In this document: positions 47,401-55,628 of the stretch, piece by piece
Layout of the letters: each line of letters starts with the position of its first letter
How positions within the stretch are numbered: position 1 is the first letter of the stretch
Sequence record: PV611058.1
Direction: 5' to 3' (one strand)
DNA: 64,000 nt
The notes under the pieces: generated by a model
Seen by the model: only the letters and a program-made list of their open reading frames with translations
Databases searched by the model: none
What the model was told of the DNA's origin: nothing
Program-made: the position numbers and the translations under genes

Positions 47401-50170
47401 AAGTGCAGCTATTACTGGTGATCTGACCGTATCTGGTACTGTTACTCCTGGTGCAATTGACCTAAGTACTACCGATATTAGTTCTAAATCCCTAAGTACT
47501 ACTGAAGGTGCTACAATTGGTGGTGACCTAGTTGTTAATGGTTCAATTGATTTAAGTTCTTCCAATGTTTCAGCAATTACCCTTGCTAGTTCTGGTAATA
47601 CTACCGTTGGTGGTAACCTAGTACTAACAACTGGTGTTGTAACTGGCAGCCCATCTGTATCTGGTAACCTTTCAGTTGCAGGTACTGCGGCAGTAACTGG
47701 TGCAACTACCCTAACTGATATCGTAAATATCGGTAAGAAAGTAACTGTAAGCACTGGTGGTATTCAAGTAGTTGCAGGTGGTATTAATACCGACGCTATA
47801 TTAGTATCCGGTGATACAACTTTAAACAACACTACTGTAAACACTACCTTAAATGTAACTGGTCAAAGTACAGTTGCTGCACTAAGTGCTGCATCTTTGA
47901 ATGTATCTGGTGATAGTACTGTTCAAAAACTAACAGTTGAAGGTGAATTGGTTCCACAAGGTGGTATCGACCTAACTGGTGCAGATATTTCTGCTAATAG
48001 TCTTGCAACTGCTTCAACAATCACTGCAACTGGACTAAGCACACTAAGTGGTGGTGTAAGTACTACTAATGTTACTGCATCTGGTACAGTGAATGCTGGT
48101 AGTTTGGATGTTACTAACAACGCAACCGTTGGTGGTACATTAGGTGTAACTGGTGCATTAACTTCTGGTCCATTGAGTGTAACAGGTATTGCGAATATTA
48201 CTGGTGTAACAACTGTTGGTTCATTGGTTTCCGGTGCTGTATCTGGTAGTACTGGTACATTTAGTTCAACATTAGGTGTAACTGGTGCAGCTACATTTGA
48301 CAATGACGTAACTGTTGAAGGTGTATTCACCCCAGCAGGTGGTTTAGACCTAACAACTTCTGATATTACAGCTAAGAGTTTGTCAGTATCTGAAACTATT
48401 CACTCTGATGGTGCAGCTTCCTTTGGTGGTAACACAACAGTAGGTGGTACATTGGGTGTAACTGGTGCAGTAACTGCTCCATCGGCAACCCTAAGCGGTA
48501 CTGGTACTGCACTAGCAGTAACTAATAATGCAACTATTGGTGGTACATTGGGTGTAACTGGTCAAGCATCACTTGGTTCTATAGTAACTTCTGGTGTATC
48601 TGCAACAAGTGGCTCTTTCAGCACTACTCTTGGCGTTACTGGTGCTGCGACATTTGGAAACGATGTAACTGTAGTTGGAACACTAACTCCTGGTAGCTTA
48701 GATCTAACTGGTGCAGATATCTCTGCTAAAACACTAACTCTATCTGAAACATTAAATGCGACAGGTAATACTACCCTTGGTGGAACATTAGGTGTAACTG
48801 GTTTAGCAACAATTGGTGGAACACTAACGTCTGGTGCAGTAACTGCTCCATCTGCAACCTTGAATGGTTCAGGAACTGGTCTAGCAGTAACTAACAACGC
48901 AACCGTTGGTGGTACATTAGGTGTAGTTGGTCAAACAACACTAGGTTCTGTTAAAACTGGTGCAACTCTAACAGTTGGTACACCATTAGGTGAGCAGCCT
49001 GAAACTGTACAGATTATGCCAGACACTTATATTGCTGGTAAACTACGTGTTGAGGGTGGTATTAACGCAGATATCGATGTTGGTGGACAAACACTAGAAC
49101 CGTTTGCAGTAATAGCATCTGATTCTTTATCTTCTGCTGGTAATATTACTGCTGGTGCAGCAATTATTTCAAGTTCTGCAACAATTGGTGAAGTCGGTTC
49201 ACAAAACAACAACCTAATCGTTAATGGTAACGTTGTAAACAACGGTAACTTCACTGTTACTGGCGTACTAAATGCACAATTGAACCAAGCAGATTCCGAT
49301 GTAGCTGTTAAGTCTTTGACTGCAACTAACAACGTTGCGGCTGGAACCACATTAAGTGCAGGTACTGCAATTACTGCTGGTACTTCCATCACTGCAACTG
49401 GATTACTTAAAGGTAATACTTTAGAAGTTACTACTACTGGTTCATTTGGTGGTGCAGTAACTATGTCAAGTGGTGCAAACATCACTGGTACAGTGGGTAT
49501 TACTGCTGGTGACCTAACAGTAGGTGGTAATATCTCTGCAACTGGGACTGCTGGATTCGGTGCAACAACCGTTTCTACAATTACAACATCAGGTTTGGCT
49601 ACACTTGCAAGTACATCCGTTACTGGTAACGCAACAGTAGGTGGAACACTAGCAGTAACAGGATCACTAACTGCGAATGGTAACGTAACATTAGGTGACG
49701 CAGCGGCTGACGTTCTAACCGTTAATGCAACTTCATCATTTAAAGAAAATGCTGTGTTTGATAAGGCAGTAACAGTAACTGGTGAACTAACCACTACTAA
49801 TGCTAACTTAACTACTACAACAGTAACTACCAAAAAGTATGATGTAATCCCAACTCAAGTTACATCATCAGTAATTGCTCCAACCGGAACATGGACTCCA
49901 GATGGTACAAGTAACGTGTACTTCATCACTCTAGACCAAGATACCACGTTGGCTCCAATTACTGGCCTAATTGGTGGTGGTAAAGCTGCATCAGTATACA
50001 TCTATGTTAAACAAGATACAACTGGTAACAGAAACTTTACAACTGATGGTACTTATGCTGTTGTTGATGGTGAACTAAACAAAACTGCTGGTAGCGTAAC
50101 CATTTACCAAGTAATTTATGATGGTGTAAGTCCAGTTACTGATTTGTTCATTGCACAACGTACTGCTTAA
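44450..50170 (+). CDS. Long repetitive tail-fibre/whisker protein B (1,906 aa)
   Basis: Same start (MYSIKTDLD), same module order and same C-terminal domain as fibre A, with extra repeats. Confidence 0.75.
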   Translation: MYSIKTDLDVSGNSTVGKDLLVKGNAVFSNDLTVNGEVSFANAVFTAITAGSVNVTGALDVAGKATLSGGADVSGAATFAGNITAADGTTAKFDNLEANSGSFNSVESTDITSTGTATFKDVNISGTLGGTFNLSDINATTLNVSGASALTGSVTLGANITGLASTANFRDIRIGPNEAGQAYRLNFGYTVPGQRPTVLLQNEVQSELMSPAKLNVLQTATFGDSSLSTYGITGNGLNKLDYVTISGNAIQSPTTPLLEVTKGKTKVVDLEVTGIATIPNIESSGTANFNNINVSGTIGGSFDLDDIQATTLSVSGASALTGAVTLGANITGLASTATFKAINLGQNTADANVKLGFAYTAPSARPTVLLANEVQSELMSPAKLNVLQTATFGSAALSTYGITGNGLNKLDYLTITGNATQNPATPQLQVGGKAILNDVEFTGTVTGLTVDVSGQDLTPKSVVAAEAMKGQTLESVGQTTVGSSLQVGGTATVTGALSAASGTFSGDVSGSKGIFSGSVSGTSATFTGDVSGDNATFSGDLSAVAGTFSGDVTVTGQTITVKDLVVTGTSTGVTAIADVDGLDIAPNKVDVTTTLSVAGESTLAGVTATSINSTGAIAGTAISGSTITATGEISGASSVVTGLSKSGSVETGALKASSVETAIISNTAGVSITNNTSIAGNLSVTGTVTPGAIDLSTTDIDAKSLTTTEGANIGGDLVVAGTVDLSAADVAVKSLTSSGAVISSEGTVSSVLPKLSSTEANITTVTATTANATTLNVTGTSTLAGVNASGAITSATNITATGVLKGASVETASISNADGVAINNNTTITGNLDVSGTLTPGAIDLSTTDISSKSLTTTEGATIGGDLVVAGTVDLSAADVSVKSLASAETITSAGVITVSDTVNSSTLPKLITTDATIGAVHAATIETTGSSTLKQVSATEVTATSIVLNSVGEGLRVDNDANINGILSVNNITSTNDTIAIAKSAAITGDLTVSGTVTPGAIDLSTTDISSKSLSTTEGATIGGDLVVNGSIDLSSSNVSAITLASSGNTTVGGNLVLTTGVVTGSPSVSGNLSVAGTAAVTGATTLTDIVNIGKKVTVSTGGIQVVAGGINTDAILVSGDTTLNNTTVNTTLNVTGQSTVAALSAASLNVSGDSTVQKLTVEGELVPQGGIDLTGADISANSLATASTITATGLSTLSGGVSTTNVTASGTVNAGSLDVTNNATVGGTLGVTGALTSGPLSVTGIANITGVTTVGSLVSGAVSGSTGTFSSTLGVTGAATFDNDVTVEGVFTPAGGLDLTTSDITAKSLSVSETIHSDGAASFGGNTTVGGTLGVTGAVTAPSATLSGTGTALAVTNNATIGGTLGVTGQASLGSIVTSGVSATSGSFSTTLGVTGAATFGNDVTVVGTLTPGSLDLTGADISAKTLTLSETLNATGNTTLGGTLGVTGLATIGGTLTSGAVTAPSATLNGSGTGLAVTNNATVGGTLGVVGQTTLGSVKTGATLTVGTPLGEQPETVQIMPDTYIAGKLRVEGGINADIDVGGQTLEPFAVIASDSLSSAGNITAGAAIISSSATIGEVGSQNNNLIVNGNVVNNGNFTVTGVLNAQLNQADSDVAVKSLTATNNVAAGTTLSAGTAITAGTSITATGLLKGNTLEVTTTGSFGGAVTMSSGANITGTVGITAGDLTVGGNISATGTAGFGATTVSTITTSGLATLASTSVTGNATVGGTLAVTGSLTANGNVTLGDAAADVLTVNATSSFKENAVFDKAVTVTGELTTTNANLTTTTVTTKKYDVIPTQVTSSVIAPTGTWTPDGTSNVYFITLDQDTTLAPITGLIGGGKAASVYIYVKQDTTGNRNFTTDGTYAVVDGELNKTAGSVTIYQVIYDGVSPVTDLFIAQRTA
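46518..47466 (+). repeat. Three internal repeat modules in fibre B
   Basis: The 19-mer CTGGTGCAATTGACCTAAG recurs at 46518, 46968 and 47448 (spacing 450 and 480 bp). The protein repeat is TPGAIDLSTTDI..KSL.TTEGA.IGGDLVV.G. Confidence 0.85.
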
Positions 50171-50236
50171 TAATTATAATAAAAAAAACGGTGTCATCAA
50201 TTATGGTGACACCATCTTAACAAGTGAGGTAGTTAT

Positions 50237-51016
50237 ATGTTTACATATGTAAAAGGTAGTTCTAAAGAAAATTATGAATTGGGTAACATCATCTCCAACC
50301 CAGTTGGTGTTAAGGGTTTAAAAGAACGCCCTGGGGCAACTCCAGATGATGAACAAACATATCGTTATTTGTACAGTGATATTCGTGCACTTTATGGTAT
50401 TTCAAGTAAAGATGGTTCTGAAATTGAACCTAATAACGCTGTTCGCAAAGAAGAGGGTTTCTGGTGGTTGGAATATAAGAATGTTGGTAATGTGAACGCA
50501 ATTAATGAGAATTTGGAATATATTAAACTACAAGATAGTAATCAACCAGTCATCACATTCTTAGAAGAAGCAGAAGGTGAATATAAAGAGTTAACAGTAC
50601 TGAAAACTTATAATTATGTTGATATGGATATTGCAGCAGTTAAATCTGATCTGAAAGCACGCACAGTATCATCTCGTAGTGATCGTATTAATGCTGGTTA
50701 TATGTTTAACGGTCATCGTTATAGTACTGATCTAGCTGGTCGTCAAATGCTTCTTAATTATTATACACAAGTAACTTCCGGTTCAGATAGCGTTTCGATT
50801 TTCCTTGATGACGCAATTGTAAAACTATCTGCTGCTGAAATGACTCAACTATACACTGAAGCATTTGCTATGGTTGAATCCCTATTTGCAGAGTGTAATA
50901 AGCAATGTGCTGACATTGATGCAGTTCCTGATGCTGATGAAGATGCAATTTATAAAGCACAACAGGCGGCTGTATGGGTATATGAAGGTATTGATATTCC
51001 TGAGCGTACTCGTTAA
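50237..51016 (+). CDS. Tail-fibre assembly/chaperone protein (DUF4376-like C-terminus)
   Basis: R..RINAGYMFNGHRYSTD...R motif, directly downstream of the fibre genes. Confidence 0.65.
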   Translation: MFTYVKGSSKENYELGNIISNPVGVKGLKERPGATPDDEQTYRYLYSDIRALYGISSKDGSEIEPNNAVRKEEGFWWLEYKNVGNVNAINENLEYIKLQDSNQPVITFLEEAEGEYKELTVLKTYNYVDMDIAAVKSDLKARTVSSRSDRINAGYMFNGHRYSTDLAGRQMLLNYYTQVTSGSDSVSIFLDDAIVKLSAAEMTQLYTEAFAMVESLFAECNKQCADIDAVPDADEDAIYKAQQAAVWVYEGIDIPERTR

Positions 51017-51029
51017 TTTATATTTTTTT

Positions 51030-51059
51030 AAAGGTCAACTATGGTTGGCCTTTTCTTTT
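51030..51059 (+). terminator. Intrinsic terminator
   Basis: AAAGGTCAAC-tatg-GTTGGCCTTT followed by a T run. Confidence 0.75.
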
Positions 51060-51107
51060 ATCTAAAATAAATACTTAATATATAATCTATTCTGAGGAAA
51101 TATTTAA

Positions 51108-53072
51108 ATGAGTATAAATCGAATTAGAGGTGATGGTGGTGTAATTATAGATAGTCAGGCATTTCTAGAATTACCTAAAGCACCGACTAAAGAAACCGCT
51201 GATGTGGTTAGATCAGGGATGATTAGATACAATAAAGGATGGAAAGCATTTGAAGGTGTACTAGACTTTGAAGATGGTTCAATGGCATATCGACGTTTTG
51301 CAAACCTAGATGCAAACGGTAAACTTCTTACTTCCCAATTACCAGATTCAGTAACTAGTGGTTTACAATTTGTTGGTACATATAATCCCATCCCAGATGA
51401 TATCGATCCACCTTTAGCACAAACTCCACTACCAGCACCATCACCATCGCTTAATGGTGATTATTATGTCGTTCGTGGTATAATGGATGCCGCACAAGCA
51501 CATTATGAAGCAAATAATCCACAAACAAGTCCTGTTACATTTACACCTACAAATCCAACTGGACAAGGTAATTGGATTGAAATTTTATATTATGTTGACT
51601 CTAATCCAAATATATCTGGTGCTAAACTAGTAACATACGCTTTTGCTAGAATTATTACTGCATCTATTCCCAGTACTGGACATGATGGCCTTGAAAATTT
51701 AGCAACAGATACTGACTTGACCAAACCATTTGCATCTGGTGTTCCAATGAACCAAACTGCACTTTCAGATGGTGATTGGATTATTATAACTGAAGATAAG
51801 AATATACGTCTTCGTCAGTCAAGAACAAGCATTTCCGCTGCTTCAGTATTATATGACAATACTGTAATGATTGCAAATCATCGCCAATTTAGAACAAACG
51901 CAGGGACCGTTCAAACATCCATAGATAACGTTGTGATTGAGTGTTTACGTAGAACTGGCGATTCCATGTATAATGATGGAACAGACGGCTCTGGGCGTTT
52001 TGGGGTGGTGTATGGCAGTGCAGCAGCACCAGCATTGACATTTAATAATAATCCGTTTGACCCAACGAACAACCCAGGTAATGACCCAACTAAGTGGTCC
52101 GATGCTAATACTGGTATATTCCATCCAGCAGATGATGCAATTGGTTTTACAACAGCCGGAACTGAGCGTGTTAGAATTAATAATGGAACATTAACATTAT
52201 TCCAAACTACCGCTACACCAGCAGCTACACCAGTAATACGTTTTGATAATGCATCAAACACAAACGTAGGGATAAGTGCAAGTAGTAATATTATTTCTTT
52301 AAGTTCAATGAATAAAGTTCAAGTTGAATTTAAAAATGGTGAATCACATTTTCATGGAAATATTATTGTAGATGGATCAACATCACTAACTGGTGATTTA
52401 AACGCAGGTAACATCACTGCCAGCGGGAATTTAGTTGTTAAAGGTAATACAACACTAGGAGACACTACTGGTGACACTATTACAGTTAATGGTGTTAGTA
52501 CTTATAATGCAAATACTAATTTCAATGGAACTAATAACAAATTCAAAAACATAAACTTACTAGAGAATGGTGTATTCACATTAGAAAGTACTACAAACCA
52601 AAGTGATATAAAACTACTTGGTGCAGACTTACGTTTCACTATGGGAAGTTATGCTGATGTAAGTATATATGATAACGGTGTTATTCGTACTCGTTTCAAC
52701 CGATATGGTATTCAATTACCAGTACTGGCTACAATTGATAACTCAGTTGGTGTTGATGGTATGATTGCATACTCAAATACCGAACGTACATCGATGCAGA
52801 AGGTCCAAGGACAATGGGTTCCAATTGGTTCTGGTTCTGTACGTACTGACCCGTTTACTGCGTCAGCGTGGGTTTTAAACGGCTCATATTACACATTAAC
52901 AGTAACTGCTAGTAACATAGTAACTGCTGAAATTCAAGAACTCGTAAGTACTGGTGTTTACACTCGTGTTGAAGTTGATAGTGTTACATTCAATGGAACA
53001 AGCGTAGTGTTCAGTATTCCTGCAACTCCTGATGTGAGATTTGCCGGACGTACACTGGTTACATTAAGATAA
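51108..53072 (+). CDS. Fibre-like virion structural protein
   Basis: SGMIRYN..FEG and GSAAAPALTF..NTGIFHP..DAIGFTTAGTER motifs, common in phage fibres. Confidence 0.65.
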   Translation: MSINRIRGDGGVIIDSQAFLELPKAPTKETADVVRSGMIRYNKGWKAFEGVLDFEDGSMAYRRFANLDANGKLLTSQLPDSVTSGLQFVGTYNPIPDDIDPPLAQTPLPAPSPSLNGDYYVVRGIMDAAQAHYEANNPQTSPVTFTPTNPTGQGNWIEILYYVDSNPNISGAKLVTYAFARIITASIPSTGHDGLENLATDTDLTKPFASGVPMNQTALSDGDWIIITEDKNIRLRQSRTSISAASVLYDNTVMIANHRQFRTNAGTVQTSIDNVVIECLRRTGDSMYNDGTDGSGRFGVVYGSAAAPALTFNNNPFDPTNNPGNDPTKWSDANTGIFHPADDAIGFTTAGTERVRINNGTLTLFQTTATPAATPVIRFDNASNTNVGISASSNIISLSSMNKVQVEFKNGESHFHGNIIVDGSTSLTGDLNAGNITASGNLVVKGNTTLGDTTGDTITVNGVSTYNANTNFNGTNNKFKNINLLENGVFTLESTTNQSDIKLLGADLRFTMGSYADVSIYDNGVIRTRFNRYGIQLPVLATIDNSVGVDGMIAYSNTERTSMQKVQGQWVPIGSGSVRTDPFTASAWVLNGSYYTLTVTASNIVTAEIQELVSTGVYTRVEVDSVTFNGTSVVFSIPATPDVRFAGRTLVTLR

Positions 53073-53073
53073 T

Positions 53074-53107
53074 AAAAAAGGGAGACATAAGTCTCCCTTT
53101 TCTTTTA
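53074..53107. terminator. Bidirectional terminator
   Basis: AAAGGGAGAC-ataa-GTCTCCCTTT. Confidence 0.85.
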
Positions 53108-54034
53108 TACAGCCATTGGTGCTTTGATTGTTGGCATTGGATTGTAATTAACTAATTTGAAAGAATCCATAGTGAAATCTTCAATATCAGTAATAGTAGG
53201 ATCTAGCCATAATTCTGGTAATGTACGTGGTTCACGTTGGAGTTGCTCTTTTACTTGTTCAATATGGTTTTGGTAGATATGGCAGTCGCCACCATTCCAA
53301 ATAAATTCACCAACATCTAACCCTGTAATTTGTGCAATCATATGAGTTAGTAGTGAGTAACTACTAATATTAAATGGCACACCAAGGAATAGATCAGCAC
53401 TACGTTGATGAAGAATACAACTTAGTTTACCCTGTACAACACAAAACTGCACAAAGCTATGACAGGGTGGCAAAGTCATAGCATCAAGCTCACCAACGTT
53501 CCATGCACTTAGAATGTGACGACGACCGTATGGATCAGTATTGATACCTTCAATAACTTGTTTTAGCTGGTCAGTTACACGACGCATAATAACACCATGT
53601 GAACCAGTATAATCAATAACTTTATACCCTTTATCTTTTAGTTCTTGAATTTCTTCAGTACTGGAACTGAATTTATAATCTTCCCATTCACGCCATTGTT
53701 TACCATAAACTGGGCCAAGCTCACCATCAGAATACCCAAGGCTTACACCTTGATTAAGGTAGTTGTCTGTCCAAATTGTTTTCTTTTCTACATCACGTGT
53801 CCCGTGTAAAATTTCACACAGACGACGCTCATCGTGAGAACCTTCAATAAACCATAACAATTCTGAAGTCATTGCTTTCCAAGCCAAACGTTTAGTAGTT
53901 ACTGCTGGGAAACCTTCTTTTAGGTCAAAACGCATTTGTTGTCCGATTAGCTTGATAGTGCCAACACCAGTACGATCAACGCTTTCGACACCTTGATCCA
54001 GAATTCTTTGATATAGTTCTTGTAGTTGTTTCAT
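53105..54034 (-). CDS. thyA: Thymidylate synthase (ThyA type), intron-free
   Basis: DRTGVGT, ELLWF, LGPVYG.QWR, LPPCH (catalytic Cys), QRSAD..LGVPFN and DCHIY.NH motifs. Confidence 0.97.
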   Translation of the reverse strand: MKQLQELYQRILDQGVESVDRTGVGTIKLIGQQMRFDLKEGFPAVTTKRLAWKAMTSELLWFIEGSHDERRLCEILHGTRDVEKKTIWTDNYLNQGVSLGYSDGELGPVYGKQWREWEDYKFSSSTEEIQELKDKGYKVIDYTGSHGVIMRRVTDQLKQVIEGINTDPYGRRHILSAWNVGELDAMTLPPCHSFVQFCVVQGKLSCILHQRSADLFLGVPFNISSYSLLTHMIAQITGLDVGEFIWNGGDCHIYQNHIEQVKEQLQREPRTLPELWLDPTITDIEDFTMDSFKLVNYNPMPTIKAPMAV

Positions 54035-54627
54035 TTTACGTCCTTGAAAAATGTAATAAAGTGTTCCATGTGTTTTTGTGTAGCATTACGTGAACCAATC
54101 CCAGTCCAATTACCGTGTGGTGCTGGTATTGAGAATGTTTCAGTAAACTCTTTCAGTACTGTATCATAATAAAATACAGAGCGAGTGTTCATATCATAAC
54201 AATATATTTCTGGATTGTCAACTGAATCCATATACATCTGTACGGCCCATGCAGTTCCACCTGAAACTTGCGTAGGTGATGTAATATTTGCAATACAATA
54301 TACTCTTTTTGTATTAAGTATCTGGTAACTATTCCTTGCAAGTAAGTTATATACATACGAACCAGGCTTAGGAACTTTACGGCGTAAAGAGTAACATGCA
54401 ATGTTTAATTGTTTTAATATTGAACTATCACAAAGGATATTGGGTGGAATTTCTAATATAGTATTTTCATCTACGCTGCTTTGGTGACCCTTGAATGAAA
54501 AATTTATTACTTCAAATCCATTGTCTTTTGCATAGATAGAAAAAAGGCGGTCAGCACCTGCTGCCCCGCCACTGAAACATACATTAGATAAACCATTGAT
54601 TGCTTCATCTAATTCTATTTTATTCAT
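54031..54627 (-). CDS. SLOG-superfamily (YspA/DprA/LOG-like) Rossmann protein
   Basis: SGGAAGAD loop, ARN, GGTAWAV and GIGSR motifs. Stop overlaps the thyA start. Confidence 0.55.
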   Translation of the reverse strand: MNKIELDEAINGLSNVCFSGGAAGADRLFSIYAKDNGFEVINFSFKGHQSSVDENTILEIPPNILCDSSILKQLNIACYSLRRKVPKPGSYVYNLLARNSYQILNTKRVYCIANITSPTQVSGGTAWAVQMYMDSVDNPEIYCYDMNTRSVFYYDTVLKEFTETFSIPAPHGNWTGIGSRNATQKHMEHFITFFKDVK

Positions 54628-54632
54628 TTATA

Positions 54633-55286
54633 TTATTTTGCTTTACGTTCTGCAAATGCCTGTTTAACTTTCTCAATTGCTTTGGTTTGTGAAATTCCTT
54701 CTGGGATTTCAATATAGAAAGTTTTGCTATCAGGTGCTACAGGTGTTGCTTGAACTTGTGGACGTAGAGATGGTTCTAAGTTGTAAGCACGTTCAAAGTG
54801 CTCTTTAGCCAACTGCTCATAACGTTGTGCATCTTTAAGTAGTTGCTCAACAATGGTAGCTTCTTCAACAGAAGTATCAACTTCTTGTGGCTTGAATGGG
54901 TTGTATTCTTTAACTTTACCATCTTCATGTTTTTTAGCATCATTATCATTGATTGCGTTGTTTAGAACATCAAGAGAAATCTTACTGTTTCCACCAACAT
55001 GCATATCAATATCACAAGTACGTGCACGACGCAAATGTTGTAGATTATGAAGAACATCTAGCATTTTGCGACCGTCTAGATGACCAATCTTATGCATAAC
55101 TTCCCACAAATCTACATTCGATTGACCTTGATTCATTACTAAATCTGCAACAGATTGAGCATATGCTTCAGGAAGTGAATCGCGATAAACAATGAGACAA
55201 TGTTCTGGATCATCAGGGAGTGAACGCCATACCACAAATACTCGTGAACCCGTATTACGTACTACACCAACGTGACGAATAGCCAT
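54633..55286 (-). CDS. Conserved hypothetical phage protein
   Basis: RHVG...VFVVWR.LP.DP.HCL...LP and DG..ML..LH motifs recur in large T4-like phages. Function unknown. Confidence 0.65.
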   Translation of the reverse strand: MAIRHVGVVRNTGSRVFVVWRSLPDDPEHCLIVYRDSLPEAYAQSVADLVMNQGQSNVDLWEVMHKIGHLDGRKMLDVLHNLQHLRRARTCDIDMHVGGNSKISLDVLNNAINDNDAKKHEDGKVKEYNPFKPQEVDTSVEEATIVEQLLKDAQRYEQLAKEHFERAYNLEPSLRPQVQATPVAPDSKTFYIEIPEGISQTKAIEKVKQAFAERKAK

Positions 55287-55288
55287 TA

Positions 55289-55519
55289 TTATTCTCCTTT
55301 ATTTTGTTCAGCAGCAGCTTGTGCAGCATCAGCTTCTTCTTGTGCTTTGATATCTTCGAGTGCAGAGTTGGCAAACTCAACAAACTTAGATACGACTGGA
55401 GCAACATCAACAAGTTCTTCGACTTTAAATGAATTACGAGCCACAGCAGCTTCCATGATTTTAGCAGCGTTGATTAGGTCGATTAGTGTTAGTTGAATTT
55501 TTTCTGGTTCTTGTTCCAT
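55289..55519 (-). CDS. Small conserved hypothetical protein
   Basis: GGAG SD before MEQEPEK. The LTL.DL....I..A..R..FK..E motif is seen in T4-like phages. Confidence 0.65.
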   Translation of the reverse strand: MEQEPEKIQLTLIDLINAAKIMEAAVARNSFKVEELVDVAPVVSKFVEFANSALEDIKAQEEADAAQAAAEQNKGE

Positions 55520-55585
55520 TTTAATACTCTCCATGTATGTTGTTACAAATATAATTATATCACCTTTTTCCAAGCTGTCCCGCTG

Positions 55586-55616
55586 AAAAAAGTAGAGAAC
55601 GGAATTTTCCGTTCTC
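55586..55616 (-). terminator. Minus-strand intrinsic terminator after the vWA gene
   Basis: GAGAACGGA / TCCGTTCTC stem with an A run on its left. Confidence 0.7.
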
Positions 55617-55628
55617 ATTATTTAGTAC

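Noticed and set aside
39602-49833. Long antisense ORFs (up to 545 aa) opposite the two fibre genes
   Set aside because: These are shadows of the T/A-ending Gly/Thr/Val/Ala codon bias, which removes stops on the reverse strand. They have no SDs or promoters and mirror the fibre repeats.
39384-50170. Diversity-generating retroelement or invertase system for fibre switching
   Set aside because: No reverse transcriptase, recombinase, inverted crossover sites or adenine-specific template/variable repeat pair is visible. The repeats are direct and in-frame.
53105-54034. Group I intron or homing endonuclease in thymidylate synthase, as in T4 td
   Set aside because: The ORF is continuous with all motifs. 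It has only a short in-frame insertion.
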